32,000 nucleotides of DNA from an uncultured archaeon (GCA_964510585.1 CAZECW010000098.1:1-32000); one strand, 5' to 3'. Counted from the first letter of the stretch, positions 1 to 9,579 are shown. Made by a program: numbers and translations. The notes: generated by a model not told the origin, from the letters alone.

Positions 1-1
1 G

Positions 2-52
2 AGCGACGACATAATTGAAAAAGTGAAGGAGAATTTGTTGAGGTGGGAATAA
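2..52 (+). CDS. 3' end of an upstream gene truncated by the window edge (..SDDIIEKVKENLLRWE*); possibly the PIN/DUF3368-type partner of the UPF0175 gene
   Basis: Open frame from position 2 to TAA at 50-52, overlapping the next ATG (TAATG), which suggests translational coupling. The product identity is a guess from context only. Confidence 0.35.
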   Translation, partial: SDDIIEKVKENLLRWE

Positions 53-279
53 TGAATGTTACTCCAGCGATTCCTGAACGAATAAGAAAGAAGTTCCTAA
101 AAGAAATATTAGAAATGTATTCTCAAGGCGAGTTGTCAGCAGGTAGAGCTTCACAAATGCTTGGCATCCCTAGAGCTGCCTTCTACAAGATTTTAGCTGA
201 AACAAAAACTCCTCTCCCAAAGAAACTGAATGAGAGCATCAAGAAAGAACTCAAAGAGTCACTAAGCATTGAGGAATGA
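52..279 (+). CDS. UPF0175-family small HTH protein (putative antitoxin)
   Basis: LEMYSQGELSAGRASQMLGIPRAAFYKIL matches the UPF0175 HTH pattern (LxxYxxGxxSxGxAAxxxG). ATG at 52 is preferred over GTG at 43 because of the TAATG coupling. Confidence 0.75.
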   Translation: MNVTPAIPERIRKKFLKEILEMYSQGELSAGRASQMLGIPRAAFYKILAETKTPLPKKLNESIKKELKESLSIEE

Positions 280-322
280 AAATTCTCTATTTCTTCATAC
301 CCAAAGAAGAAACCACAGTTAC

Positions 323-598
323 AGAACCTTGGCGAGAAAGCCCCCGACTTTAGTCGCGGGGATGAATCGCCAAAAAGCTTATAAGAAAGTAGGAAAGGAT
401 GATGATTGTTGGTAGCTGAAGGGTTTGGCTTGGGCTTAAGGGGCTAAACAAGACGCAGCTCCCATGAGGGTGCCAACATAGACGCCGTTCCCCTAAAGGG
501 AAGAGCGTGTTAACTGGGTGGTGGCACACCCATTGCTTCGAAGGCTCCCGATGAGCCAGAAGCAAGAATCTCCCGACTTTAGTCGCGGAGAGTGTCAA
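323..598 (+). mobile_element. Non-autonomous IS200/IS605-family mini-element (PATE-like) with tnpB 3' remnant / omegaRNA-like region
   Basis: Left end: TTAC (319-322), then 14 nt, then AAAG (337-340), then bulged hairpin CCCCCGAC-TTTA-GTCGCGGGG (341-361). Right end: GAAT (566-569), hairpin CTCCCGAC-TTTA-GTCGCGGAG (570-590), AGTG, terminal TCAA (595-598). This is the IS608 end grammar (TTAC/AAAG, GAAT/TCAA). No target duplication. The last frame reads ..RVNWVVAHP..QESPDFSRGECQ, typical of TnpB C-termini. Confidence 0.88.
372..385 (+). promoter_or_regulatory. Archaeal BRE/TATA-like promoter inside the mini-element
   Basis: AAAAAGCTTATAAG immediately 3' of the left-end hairpin. Confidence 0.45.
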
Positions 599-952
599 CC
601 TAGCTTTAACTCAGAAAGCCTGTTGGGAAATCGATTCGAGTATCAAGGTCTTTTTTCCAAGAGTAGGAACCGATTTTTATAAATTTTTGAGTAATAGGTC
701 TTCATCCTCTTCCGCTGATTCTAGGATATTGTCAGGTATTTCTTGTGGGGGGAACTTTTTGTCTATTAACAACTTGGTTTTGGCTGCAATCGATGTGTAT
801 CCTTTTTTGACTTATTTTTATCGGGGTTGTTATATTACCCTTCCAGAGTAGAGGAATTGGTATAAAAGTTTACTAATAGTGATTTAAATTTGGTGGAAGA
901 GTGGAATATCATTTTTAATACAAGATTATTTCATAATAATTGGTGGTGTTTT

Positions 953-1927
953 TTGGTTCCCGAGGTTATTGCTGTCGGTGAAGTATTGATAGATTTTGTT
1001 GCTTCTGAGCCTGTTTCTTATGAGGAGGTTAAGTTTTTTGAGAAGTGTTTCGGCGGTGCACCCATGAATACTGTGGTGGGGGTGTCCCGGTTGGGTGTGA
1101 GCAGTGGAGTAATAACGGCGGTGGGCGATGATTCCTTTGGAAATTTTTTGAGAAGGGAGCTTGAGAAAAACGGGGTTGATGTTTCCCATGTTGCAGTTAA
1201 GAAGGGAAAGCGAACCACGATTACATTCGTTGCAAATGACCCTTCTACTGGTGAGAGGAGCTTCATGTTTTATAGAAAGCCTTGGATAAGTGGTACAGCG
1301 GACACCTCGCTGGAGGTGGAAGACATTGATGGAAGCTACATTTCTGGTGCCAGTATTCTCCACGTGTCTGGATTCTCGCTCTCACAGAATCCCTGTAGAA
1401 ACGCTGTCTTTAAAGCCATAGATTGTGCAAGGAAGGCGGGGGTAAGAGTTTCATTCGACCCCACTCTTAGAATTGATGTGTGGGATTCCCCCAGTGTTTT
1501 GAGGAAAACTTATGATAAGGCACTTAAATCGTCAGATATAGCATCCTTTTCCAGGGAGGAGGCGGAGTTCATCTTTCAAACTGAGGATCCCGAAGAAGCG
1601 GCTCACAAAGCCCTAGGATATGGAATCAAGATTGTAGGTATCAAATTGGGTGATAGGGGATCCATGATATTTAACGAGGCTGGTGATAAAGTCGATTTGC
1701 CAGCCTTCAAGGTTAAGCCTGTGGATACAACAGGAGCCGGTGATGGTTGGAATGCCGGTCTCCTTGTGGGGCTGATTAAGAATTGGGACTTGAAAAAATG
1801 TATTACTGTTGCAAATGCTATAGGGGCTCTTATCGTTACTAGAAGGGGTGCCATCACGGCTTTACCAAATAGGGAGGAGCTTCAAAAATTTTTGAAGAAT
1901 AGGGCTAAAATCGACATTGAAATTTGA
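953..1927 (+). CDS. PfkB/ribokinase-family carbohydrate kinase (fructokinase/KDG-kinase-like)
   Basis: Motifs GEVLIDF, GGAPMN, VGDDSFG, FDPTLR and DTTGAGDGW (anion hole). Start moved to TTG 953 after GGTGGTG SD; the ORF track starts at 890. Confidence 0.93.
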   Translation: MVPEVIAVGEVLIDFVASEPVSYEEVKFFEKCFGGAPMNTVVGVSRLGVSSGVITAVGDDSFGNFLRRELEKNGVDVSHVAVKKGKRTTITFVANDPSTGERSFMFYRKPWISGTADTSLEVEDIDGSYISGASILHVSGFSLSQNPCRNAVFKAIDCARKAGVRVSFDPTLRIDVWDSPSVLRKTYDKALKSSDIASFSREEAEFIFQTEDPEEAAHKALGYGIKIVGIKLGDRGSMIFNEAGDKVDLPAFKVKPVDTTGAGDGWNAGLLVGLIKNWDLKKCITVANAIGALIVTRRGAITALPNREELQKFLKNRAKIDIEI

Positions 1928-1993
1928 CAATACGTGACTCCTAACACTATTTTTTAACTTGGTTACAGAAAATTTGGGAAGAAAGTCCTCTTA

Positions 1994-2866
1994 TTACTGT
2001 TTTACTTTTTCTAGTATGTAGTCTAGAAGGAGGTCGGCTATTGGCACTTTTGTTGCCTGGTATAAGCCCTTCCATGTGGGGGAAGAATTGACTTCTATTA
2101 TTACGGGGCCGTTTGGGCCCTCAAGTATGTCCACCCCGGCGTATTCGCAACCAACAACTTTTGCCGCCTTTATGCTGAGGTCTTCCAGTTCGGGTTCAAG
2201 TTTGCATGCTACTGGTTTCGCCCCCTGGAAGACGTTTGTTTTCCAAGAATCTGATATTCGGTACATTGCAGCTACAACTTCTTCTCCGATGGTGAAGGCT
2301 CTTATGTCGCGGTTTCCGTGGGGTACGAATTCCTGCATGTAAATCACAAGATTTGAGAAGGCAAGGTTTTCGAAGACTCGTGAAGCTGTTTCAATGTCGG
2401 TGACTCTAGTCATTCCCTTCCCTTGGGAGCCAAATAGGGGTTTAACAACCACATCACCCATTTGTTTAAAAATTTTTAGAGCTTCGGAGGCGTCCTCAGT
2501 AACAAAGGTGCGGGGGGTGGGCAATCCTGCTTCCTCCAGTAGCGCCGATGCGTAAAACTTGTCGCTGGCCCTCTCTATAGCTGAGGGAGGGTTGTAGATT
2601 TTCATACCTAAGCGCTGCAATCTGTGGAGCGCATCCATTCTCAGTATTACCTCCTCCAGCGATCCCTGATTGAAGCCTCTGAAAATTAGGGCGTCAAAAT
2701 CCAGAAGGTTTAGATTTCCAAGTGATGCCGGAGAGTTAGCTGAAACACCTAGAACTAGTTTTCTCATGGGAATTACCACTGTCTTAACATTTTTTCTTTC
2801 CGCAGCCTTGAGCAGTTGGGGAACCGCGAAGCCCTTTTCTCCGCCTTCTGTTAGAATACCAATCAT
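1994..2866 (-). CDS. RimK-family ATP-grasp alpha-L-glutamate ligase (MptN / H4MPT-pathway Orf5-like)
   Basis: ATP-grasp motifs KPLFGSQGKG, YMQEF, GVDI and EVNSSP. GSLEEVILRMDALH resembles the methanopterin-pathway-associated subgroup. Start at ATG 2866 after GGGTGAG. Confidence 0.85.
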   Translation of the reverse strand: MIGILTEGGEKGFAVPQLLKAAERKNVKTVVIPMRKLVLGVSANSPASLGNLNLLDFDALIFRGFNQGSLEEVILRMDALHRLQRLGMKIYNPPSAIERASDKFYASALLEEAGLPTPRTFVTEDASEALKIFKQMGDVVVKPLFGSQGKGMTRVTDIETASRVFENLAFSNLVIYMQEFVPHGNRDIRAFTIGEEVVAAMYRISDSWKTNVFQGAKPVACKLEPELEDLSIKAAKVVGCEYAGVDILEGPNGPVIIEVNSSPTWKGLYQATKVPIADLLLDYILEKVKQ

Positions 2867-2997
2867 GCTCTCACCCTTAAATGGAATAAGTTTGCTTAAC
2901 CTTTTAAAAATTGATTCTAAGGCCTCCACTTTTGGGTCTAGAAAATGCATTGGAAAATTTTAGGGAGTTAGGATTCCTAAAAATGTAAGTTTGATAT

Positions 2998-3825
2998 CTA
3001 TACTTCCATTCGTTTGCCTAGAAGGGAGCTGCTTATTATTCTTATTATTGAGTAGCGGTTCTCGTAATTATTGGTGACGTAGTCTATTTTCAGTTCCAGA
3101 AGTTTTTTAATTTCTTCAATTAATTTTAAAAGTTGGTCTCGGCATTCTCTGAATTCTTTTATCCAGTGGTGTTGGCTGGCTCCGCTTTGGAAGGGGAATC
3201 TGTCACGTTCGATGTAGGAGCAGATTTCGTTGAAAATACTCATAGGAATCAGTTTATAGTCGTTTATGTTTTCTTGCTTTTTAGTCTTTAGAAGATCCTC
3301 AAGCTCATAGCTATGTTTTATGTTCAGTATTTTTCCGCTGTAAAAATCGGAACTATAAGAGTCGTAAAGTTTGGCTTCAACTAGTTTAAGCTCCTGGTCA
3401 TCCATTTCTAGATCCTGTTTCCTCTTCTTTAGAACGTCACGTATAGAGAACCGGAGAATCTTTCCCGCCTCTAAATATAGGTAAAAGTATTCTTTGGCCT
3501 TTTTGTAAAAATCCTCAATAAGCTGAGCTATGTCCCCGGGAGCTCTCCTCTTAACACTGGGAGGAAGCTTCTCCCAAAATGTCAGCGGATTCTCTTGACG
3601 TATATCAACTTGACGTGGAATTTGGTACAAATTCACGTTTTCCCAAATTTTTCCAATCTGGTCATATAGGGGCTCATAGATTTCGTATTTATTTTTTATA
3701 GCCAGTTGCCCCTCCTTTTCCAGCCCGCGCAGGAAGAAATCTAGGAAAAATACGGTTGCACCCCCTATGATTGCACCCACAATAACGCTAAGAATTATCA
3801 GCAGATAGTTTGTTCCAAGTTCCAT
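2998..3825 (-). CDS. Hypothetical single-pass membrane protein with large helical soluble domain
   Basis: 275-aa ORF with an N-terminal hydrophobic helix LLIILSVIVGAIIGGATVFFL; the remainder is K/E-rich. Confidence 0.75.
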   Translation of the reverse strand: MELGTNYLLIILSVIVGAIIGGATVFFLDFFLRGLEKEGQLAIKNKYEIYEPLYDQIGKIWENVNLYQIPRQVDIRQENPLTFWEKLPPSVKRRAPGDIAQLIEDFYKKAKEYFYLYLEAGKILRFSIRDVLKKRKQDLEMDDQELKLVEAKLYDSYSSDFYSGKILNIKHSYELEDLLKTKKQENINDYKLIPMSIFNEICSYIERDRFPFQSGASQHHWIKEFRECRDQLLKLIEEIKKLLELKIDYVTNNYENRYSIIRIISSSLLGKRMEV

Positions 3826-4108
3826 ATTTTTTCACGACGTGATTTTGGATTTCTCATTACTTTAAATCTCTTAAAATAGGCTAAAAATATTATCATCACG
3901 GACATACCAAATAGGAAACCAAATCATTTCTTAGCCATAAAAGCCCTAAATTTTTAATAAAAAATCCAAAAATTAAAGTTATGAGTGAAAAGTTGGAGTG
4001 ATTTGTAGAAAGGTTTTATAATAGGTTTTACTCAAAAAATAGTAGGATTTGGGAGAGATGATTCTCAATTTTGTGGCGTTAAGCGTTTCTTATTTTTAGA
4101 GTTGGTAG

Positions 4109-4741
4109 GTGGGCAATAGTTTGATAGTTGAATCCGTAAGGGTCAGATTGGAGGATGAACTCACACTGGTTAATCGCCTGATTTCTGACCTTAAGCGAGA
4201 TTTGAGAGAGGGGCAAGATGAGAATCTGGGTTCTATGCTTGTTCGGTTAGAAAAAGCGCGGGAGCATCTGGTAAGAGCACTAATATATGCCAACGAGGAT
4301 TTTCAGATACTCCCGAAATACCGAGATAACCCAGACTACATTTTCATTCTAAACCTTTTGTTAAAGTATCTGGAGCCCGACGAATTCCTCCGAGATTTCA
4401 GCTTTGGGGATTTTAAAGCAGATTTGCTGATTAGGGAAAAAAACACTTGGGGTTTCCTGTGGATAGTCTATGAGCCGGAAGAGTGCTTTGGTTATGTTAA
4501 AGGGTTACATAAATTTCTGGAAAAGGTAAAAGAGTACAGCAAACCAGACCCAATTATTTACAAAGTCAAAGTTCAAGACAGGGAAGGACTGCCTTTTAAA
4601 GCAATACTATGTTTCACAAAGGACATTCCCATAAATCTCCTAGAAGAGATACAAAAGCTATCCGAAAAGAAAATCGTAGTAAAAGCCTACCTCATAGACT
4701 TGGAAAAATTCCCACACATGATCATCGAACCCCTCCTCTAA
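4109..4741 (+). CDS. Hypothetical protein: N-terminal helical hairpin plus possible degenerate PD-(D/E)XK-like fold
   Basis: 210-aa ORF. DFSFGDFKADLLIRE resembles the core-strand motif of restriction-endonuclease-like folds; no clear ExK motif follows. Confidence 0.6.
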   Translation: MGNSLIVESVRVRLEDELTLVNRLISDLKRDLREGQDENLGSMLVRLEKAREHLVRALIYANEDFQILPKYRDNPDYIFILNLLLKYLEPDEFLRDFSFGDFKADLLIREKNTWGFLWIVYEPEECFGYVKGLHKFLEKVKEYSKPDPIIYKVKVQDREGLPFKAILCFTKDIPINLLEEIQKLSEKKIVVKAYLIDLEKFPHMIIEPLL

Positions 4742-5071
4742 AAGCCCCAACAAAGACAAAAAACATTCCATATAGAAACAAGATAAACAGCGCCTTATCC
4801 TCTTGTGGGCACTCTTGTGTTGACACAGCCTGCGCTAAGGGGGCAAACCAAAATTAAAATCAAATATCGAGGTCTAAACATCAAAGTGTCAAAACGAGGA
4901 AAACCAAAAAGGAAACTAAAAGGTAAGAGTAAAAATTGGTGACACCACCATCTTTTAAAGACAAATTGGATTAGCCTTTTCCCAGGCAGCTCAGAATAAG
5001 ATTAAATATCAATATTACTTAGCTTTCTTGTTCACTAAGAATAAATTATCATTAAACACGGGGACAGTGTC

Positions 5072-5932
5072 TTGGAAAAAAACTACAACATAGTGCTGGT
5101 CGGAGTCGGTGGCCAAGGCATTGTTTTAGCCTCAGACATATTGGCCATGGCGGCTTTGGAGGAAAATTCGAAGAACAAGGTTAGAACTTCGCAACTTAAG
5201 GGAATGAGCCAACGCTCCGCCTCAGTTATAGTCCATCTCAGGTTTGGTCCAAGCGTGGAAAGCCCGCTAGTAACCAAAGGTTCGGTTGATGCTCTCCTCT
5301 CACTTGAGCTATCAGAAGGCTTACGCTACATGGATTACCTGAACGAAAACTCCATAGCAATTATAAATAATGAAATTAATATTCCCCCAGTCATCTTCCG
5401 AGAACAAAAGGTAGAAATCGACCCTTCACTGTGTTATGGTTGTGGAAACTGCCTTGCAGACTGTAAAGTTAACTATTATTTTAAGGGAAACCACGATTTC
5501 TTGGCACTCAATTCTCCGGCTACAAGTGTTATTAATGGGAAGTGTGTGATACAGGACTCCTGCACGGGATGCGCACAATGTTTCCATGCCTGTCCCCGGT
5601 CAGCTAAGAGATTACTGGAAAATGCTGTCTACCCCGAAATGAGTCAAGTTGCCAGCGCAATAAAAAAATTTACGGACAATGTGTTTATAATTCCAGCGAC
5701 AGATTGGGCGAGAGAGTTAGGTAATGCCAGAGCAGCCAACATCCTACTTTTAGGAGTACTACTGGGAACCGGTAGGTTGCCCTTGAGTATAAAAACAGTT
5801 GAATCATGCATATTAAAACTAATCCCCCAAAAGTTACTAGATACAAACCTTAAGGCTTTAAGAAAAGGGGTGGAAAAGGGTCAAGAAATCTCAAGAACAG
5901 TCTTCGAAAAACCATTTTTGGAAACAGACTAA
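5072..5932 (+). CDS. iorB: Indolepyruvate:ferredoxin oxidoreductase beta subunit with inserted 2x[4Fe-4S] ferredoxin
   Basis: IVLVGVGGQGIVLAS, GMSQRSASV, HLRFG and GNARAANILLLG are IorB motifs. CYGCGNCLADC and CTGCAQCFHAC are internal. Adjacent to iorA. Confidence 0.88.
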   Translation: MEKNYNIVLVGVGGQGIVLASDILAMAALEENSKNKVRTSQLKGMSQRSASVIVHLRFGPSVESPLVTKGSVDALLSLELSEGLRYMDYLNENSIAIINNEINIPPVIFREQKVEIDPSLCYGCGNCLADCKVNYYFKGNHDFLALNSPATSVINGKCVIQDSCTGCAQCFHACPRSAKRLLENAVYPEMSQVASAIKKFTDNVFIIPATDWARELGNARAANILLLGVLLGTGRLPLSIKTVESCILKLIPQKLLDTNLKALRKGVEKGQEISRTVFEKPFLETD

Positions 5933-6199
5933 TCCTCACAACATATTGATAAGAAACACTTAGTTGGCCTAATAGATTTGGCAGTTTTGGCTTCTATGTT
6001 AGGCACCACTTTCATGTAGCAACATTTAAACAACTCCCTTTTTAGATCAACTCGAATATTCGACCGTCGAAGACTAACTTTGTATGCCTTATTTCAAGCA
6101 TGCGTGCTTGGTTTTCGCTTATATTTAAAAGGGAATTCCAGAAAAATGTTATATTTCTTGGAGATTCTCGTTTGGGTAAAGATTTGTTGGGATGATGAA

Positions 6200-8089
6200 A
6201 TGAGTAGACCCATATTTGCTCAGGATGCTGTTGGTACACGGGCTATTTTGTTGGGAAACGAAGCCATTGCACGTGGAGCTCTGGAGGCAGGAGTAAGAGT
6301 GGCAGCGGGATACCCAGGAACCCCTGCAACAGAAATAATTGAGACACTTGCCGAGATATCCCGATTTTACCCCGAAATTTATGTGGAGTGGTCTATAAAC
6401 GAGAAGGTTGGTTTTGAAACTGCCTTCGCTGCTTCCATGTGTGGAGTAAGATCAATGGCCTGTATGAAGCATGTTGGTCTCAATGTCGCCTTGGACAGTT
6501 TTGTAACCGCGTGTTATGCGGGAGCTAAAGGCGGCTTTGTACTAGTTAGTGCTGATGACCCCGACTGCCACTCAAGCCAGAATGAGCAGGATAATCGTCA
6601 ACTGGCTAAATTGGCTTTTTGCCCTGTGCTCGAACCTGCGAGTGCAAATGAGGCAAAAGAAATGACCAAATATGCATTCGACTTTTCGGAACAGTACAGA
6701 ACTCTAGTTATGCTACGCACCACCACGAGATTAAGCCACTCCCAACAGGACGTGACACTGGGAGAAATACCGCCAATAAAGAAGAGGGGGAAATTTGACC
6801 ATGATAAAAGCCGGTGGACATTTCTACCTGTAAATGCGAGAAAACGGAGGAGACTGATGCTTGAACGGATGGAGAAAATAAAAGAAGCGGTTGAAACTAA
6901 CCCCTTCAACAAAACGGCGATAAATGAAAAGTCTGTAGTTGGTATAATAGCCTCTGGACTTGCTCACACTTATGTAGTTGAATGTTTGGAGAAAAACAAC
7001 CTGGCGGATAAGGTTTCATACTTGAAGCTGGCCACAACATTCCCCCCACCCAAAAAGCTCCTCAGTGAATTCATCTCAAACCTAAACCGAGTACTGATAG
7101 TGGAGGAACTTGAACCATTCGTTGAAGAATATGTTAACATTTATGCTAAAGAGGCCAACCCATCTCTGCAAATAATTGGCAAGGGACTCATCCCTCAATA
7201 TGGGGAACTGACGCCAGAAACAGTCACTGAAGCAATAAACACTTTTCTGGAGAAAAAGAAGCCTAAACCAAAATCTGAACAAAAAGCCAAGAGCCAACAA
7301 GATATTAAAGCTCCACCCCGCCCCCCAGTACTCTGTCCGGGATGCCCACACCGAGCCTTCTTCTACGCACTAAAGTTGGCGGAGGAAAAAAAGAAAACGA
7401 AATTCATATACAGCTCAGACATAGGCTGCTACACCCTAGGGTTTTACCCACCCTTGGAAACCATAGAGACCTGCCTGTGCATGGGTGCAAGCATAGGTAT
7501 GGCAAACGGGTTTTCCAAGGTCGGCGAGGACAACCCCATCTTCGCCATTTTGGGCGATTCAACATTTTTCCACGCCGGTATTCCTGGACTAGCCAATCTA
7601 GTCTATAACAATAGCAAAGTCATCGTCGTCATTCTCGATAATGGCACAACAGCGATGACTGGACATCAACCCCATCCAGGAACTGGCATCCGAATAGACG
7701 GATCACCCTCCACAAAGATTCACATAGAAAAAATCGCGGAAGGATGTGGGGTGAAGTACATCAGAGTAATAGATCCCTACGATGTGCAAAACACGGTAAA
7801 CATGATTTTGGAAGCCATTTCATTTAACGATGGCCCCGCCCTCATCATCTCTCGCAGAGAATGCGGCTTACTGAGTCAGCGCAGGAAGAAAGAAATCAAA
7901 GAAAAAGTGGTGGTCTACAGGATTGATAATAATAAGTGCACCAAGTGTCGACTGTGCGTTTCCACTCTAGGGTGCCCAGCTTTCCTCATAGAAGGCGACG
8001 AAATCCAGATTCTACCAGACCTTTGTACCGGATGCAAAGTTTGCGAAAAAATTTGCCCAGAGGGTGCCATAGTTGAAAAAGCAGAATAA
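6200..8089 (+). CDS. iorA: Indolepyruvate:ferredoxin oxidoreductase alpha subunit
   Basis: Motifs LLGNEAIARGA, GYPGTP, EWSINEKV, MKHVGLNVA, RPPVLCPGCPHR, DIGCYTLG, TPP motif GDSTFFH..DN and C-terminal CTKCRLC / CTGCKVCEKICP. Start ATG 6200. Confidence 0.95.
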   Translation: MSRPIFAQDAVGTRAILLGNEAIARGALEAGVRVAAGYPGTPATEIIETLAEISRFYPEIYVEWSINEKVGFETAFAASMCGVRSMACMKHVGLNVALDSFVTACYAGAKGGFVLVSADDPDCHSSQNEQDNRQLAKLAFCPVLEPASANEAKEMTKYAFDFSEQYRTLVMLRTTTRLSHSQQDVTLGEIPPIKKRGKFDHDKSRWTFLPVNARKRRRLMLERMEKIKEAVETNPFNKTAINEKSVVGIIASGLAHTYVVECLEKNNLADKVSYLKLATTFPPPKKLLSEFISNLNRVLIVEELEPFVEEYVNIYAKEANPSLQIIGKGLIPQYGELTPETVTEAINTFLEKKKPKPKSEQKAKSQQDIKAPPRPPVLCPGCPHRAFFYALKLAEEKKKTKFIYSSDIGCYTLGFYPPLETIETCLCMGASIGMANGFSKVGEDNPIFAILGDSTFFHAGIPGLANLVYNNSKVIVVILDNGTTAMTGHQPHPGTGIRIDGSPSTKIHIEKIAEGCGVKYIRVIDPYDVQNTVNMILEAISFNDGPALIISRRECGLLSQRRKKEIKEKVVVYRIDNNKCTKCRLCVSTLGCPAFLIEGDEIQILPDLCTGCKVCEKICPEGAIVEKAE

Positions 8090-8205
8090 TATCTAATCTC
8101 TATAAAAAGGATAAAACCCCTATAAGGAAGTTAGTAAAATACAGGAATTGGTTCACACCCCGACAAATTGTGGGGGATGGAAGTCTAAAAAAGGGAGATG
8201 CAATA

Positions 8206-8634
8206 TTATTTTTGGTTTTGTTTTTTAACATTTTTTTCGAAGTAGTTGTAGATGAAGTCGACAATCTCTTTTGTTGGAGTTCCTGGACCGTATATTTCGG
8301 CCACACCCAATTTCTTTAGCGCCTCTATGTCCTCCTTTAGAACTATGGTTCCTCCTGCCAGAACGAGTCGGTCTGATATTCCTCTTTCCTTCATCACTTC
8401 TAAGACGCGGGGTATGAGAGTCATATGTGCACCGCTCAGTATGGAGAGGCCAATAACATCTGCGTCCTCCTGTATAGCTGCCTCAACTATTTGTTCCGGG
8501 GTTTGGTGAAGACCAGTATATATTACTTCCATTCCCGCATCTCTCAAGGCCATGGAAACTACCTTTGCCCCCCTATCATGACCGTCCAAACCGGGTTTAG
8601 CCATGAGAAAACGGATTTTCGGCTTTTCAGACAT
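8206..8634 (-). CDS. Cobalamin-binding small subunit of methylmalonyl-CoA mutase (acyl-CoA mutase) family
   Basis: [10 protein letters not shown] (DxHxxG B12 motif), [22 protein letters not shown] and GGT. Confidence 0.93.
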   Translation of the reverse strand: MSEKPKIRFLMAKPGLDGHDRGAKVVSMALRDAGMEVIYTGLHQTPEQIVEAAIQEDADVIGLSILSGAHMTLIPRVLEVMKERGISDRLVLAGGTIVLKEDIEALKKLGVAEIYGPGTPTKEIVDFIYNYFEKNVKKQNQK

Positions 8635-9114
8635 CTAAACCACCACTAGGATTTAATGTTTCCCATCTCTTTTAAATTATCGTTTCCCTAAAAGAGGAAC
8701 AAAACTCTTCCGTTCTTCAGCAATTTTAATAGCTATATAAGCTTAACTACAAGATGGGTGGTTGAAGCAGAACTTTTTACAATTACCATTTTGGTAAGAG
8801 GCGCATTTAAGGCCTTTAATTTTTCAATCAACCCATAGTTCAATACACTTAAATCCTAACAAACCATTTCCCTACTCTTGGCATAAAAAGTCTCTTCAAA
8901 AAGGCTATCTTTTTCAAACACCATCGCTGGGCTGATCTATATCACCAGTTTGATACACCTAATATTGAAATCCGGAAAATGAGCTTCCAGAAAGTTGATT
9001 TTTCATTTTCTTAAAAAAAGGGAAATGCTTAGGTTTAATATCATCCTATCTGATTTGGTGTGATACGTGAGCCATAAAAGGGAGTTTTAAATGCGTGAGA
9101 TAAAATATGGGGGG

Positions 9115-9579
9115 TTATTCCTCCGCGATTTCTCGGAATATGACTCTTCCTAGTGTTCGCCAGACATCTTTTACCTTACTTTGCAGGGTTCTGGTAGCTT
9201 CTTCCACTGTTTTATCTAATTCTTTGTCTCCGAGTTTTTCCAGTCTTTTTTTATCATATTCTTCTGCGAGGCTCATTATTAGTTGGTCTGGTTCTCTTTT
9301 ACACTTCAGTTTTCTCTGTTTGATTATGTTTTCCAGCCGATCTAGGATTTTTCTCGAATCTTTCTCATAGATGCGGTAGCCTTCAGCTAGAACATGGGCT
9401 TGTGATAGTGACAACTCTTCGATGTTGGCTTTGATTTCATCTACGTATTCCTGCCATCTTTCCTTTAAGCTCTCAACTGTGACGACTTCCTCCCATTTGA
9501 AAAGTAGTTTTGAATTCTTTTCGGATACGGTTACGTGAGCGTCTTTTATTTTATTTTTTATCTTCTCAACTAAGCTCAT
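9115..9579 (-). CDS. Hypothetical all-helical K/E-rich protein
   Basis: 154-aa ORF with typical codon/amino-acid composition and GAGG SD upstream; no recognised motif. Confidence 0.7.
   Translation of the reverse strand: MSLVEKIKNKIKDAHVTVSEKNSKLLFKWEEVVTVESLKERWQEYVDEIKANIEELSLSQAHVLAEGYRIYEKDSRKILDRLENIIKQRKLKCKREPDQLIMSLAEEYDKKRLEKLGDKELDKTVEEATRTLQSKVKDVWRTLGRVIFREIAEE

Noticed and set aside
350-598. 82-aa minus-strand ORF in the ORF track
   Set aside because: Antisense to the IS605-type mini-element; spurious
4805-4942. 45-codon very basic ORF (..KIKIKYRGLNIKVSKRGKPKRKLKGKSKNW*)
   Set aside because: Weak GTG start, no SD, explained by A-rich intergenic composition; not a recognised ribosomal protein
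8700-9060. Minus-strand stretch with long codon runs (MVFEKDSLFEETFYAK..)
   Set aside because: Several in-frame stops and no recognisable family; at most an unidentifiable pseudogene
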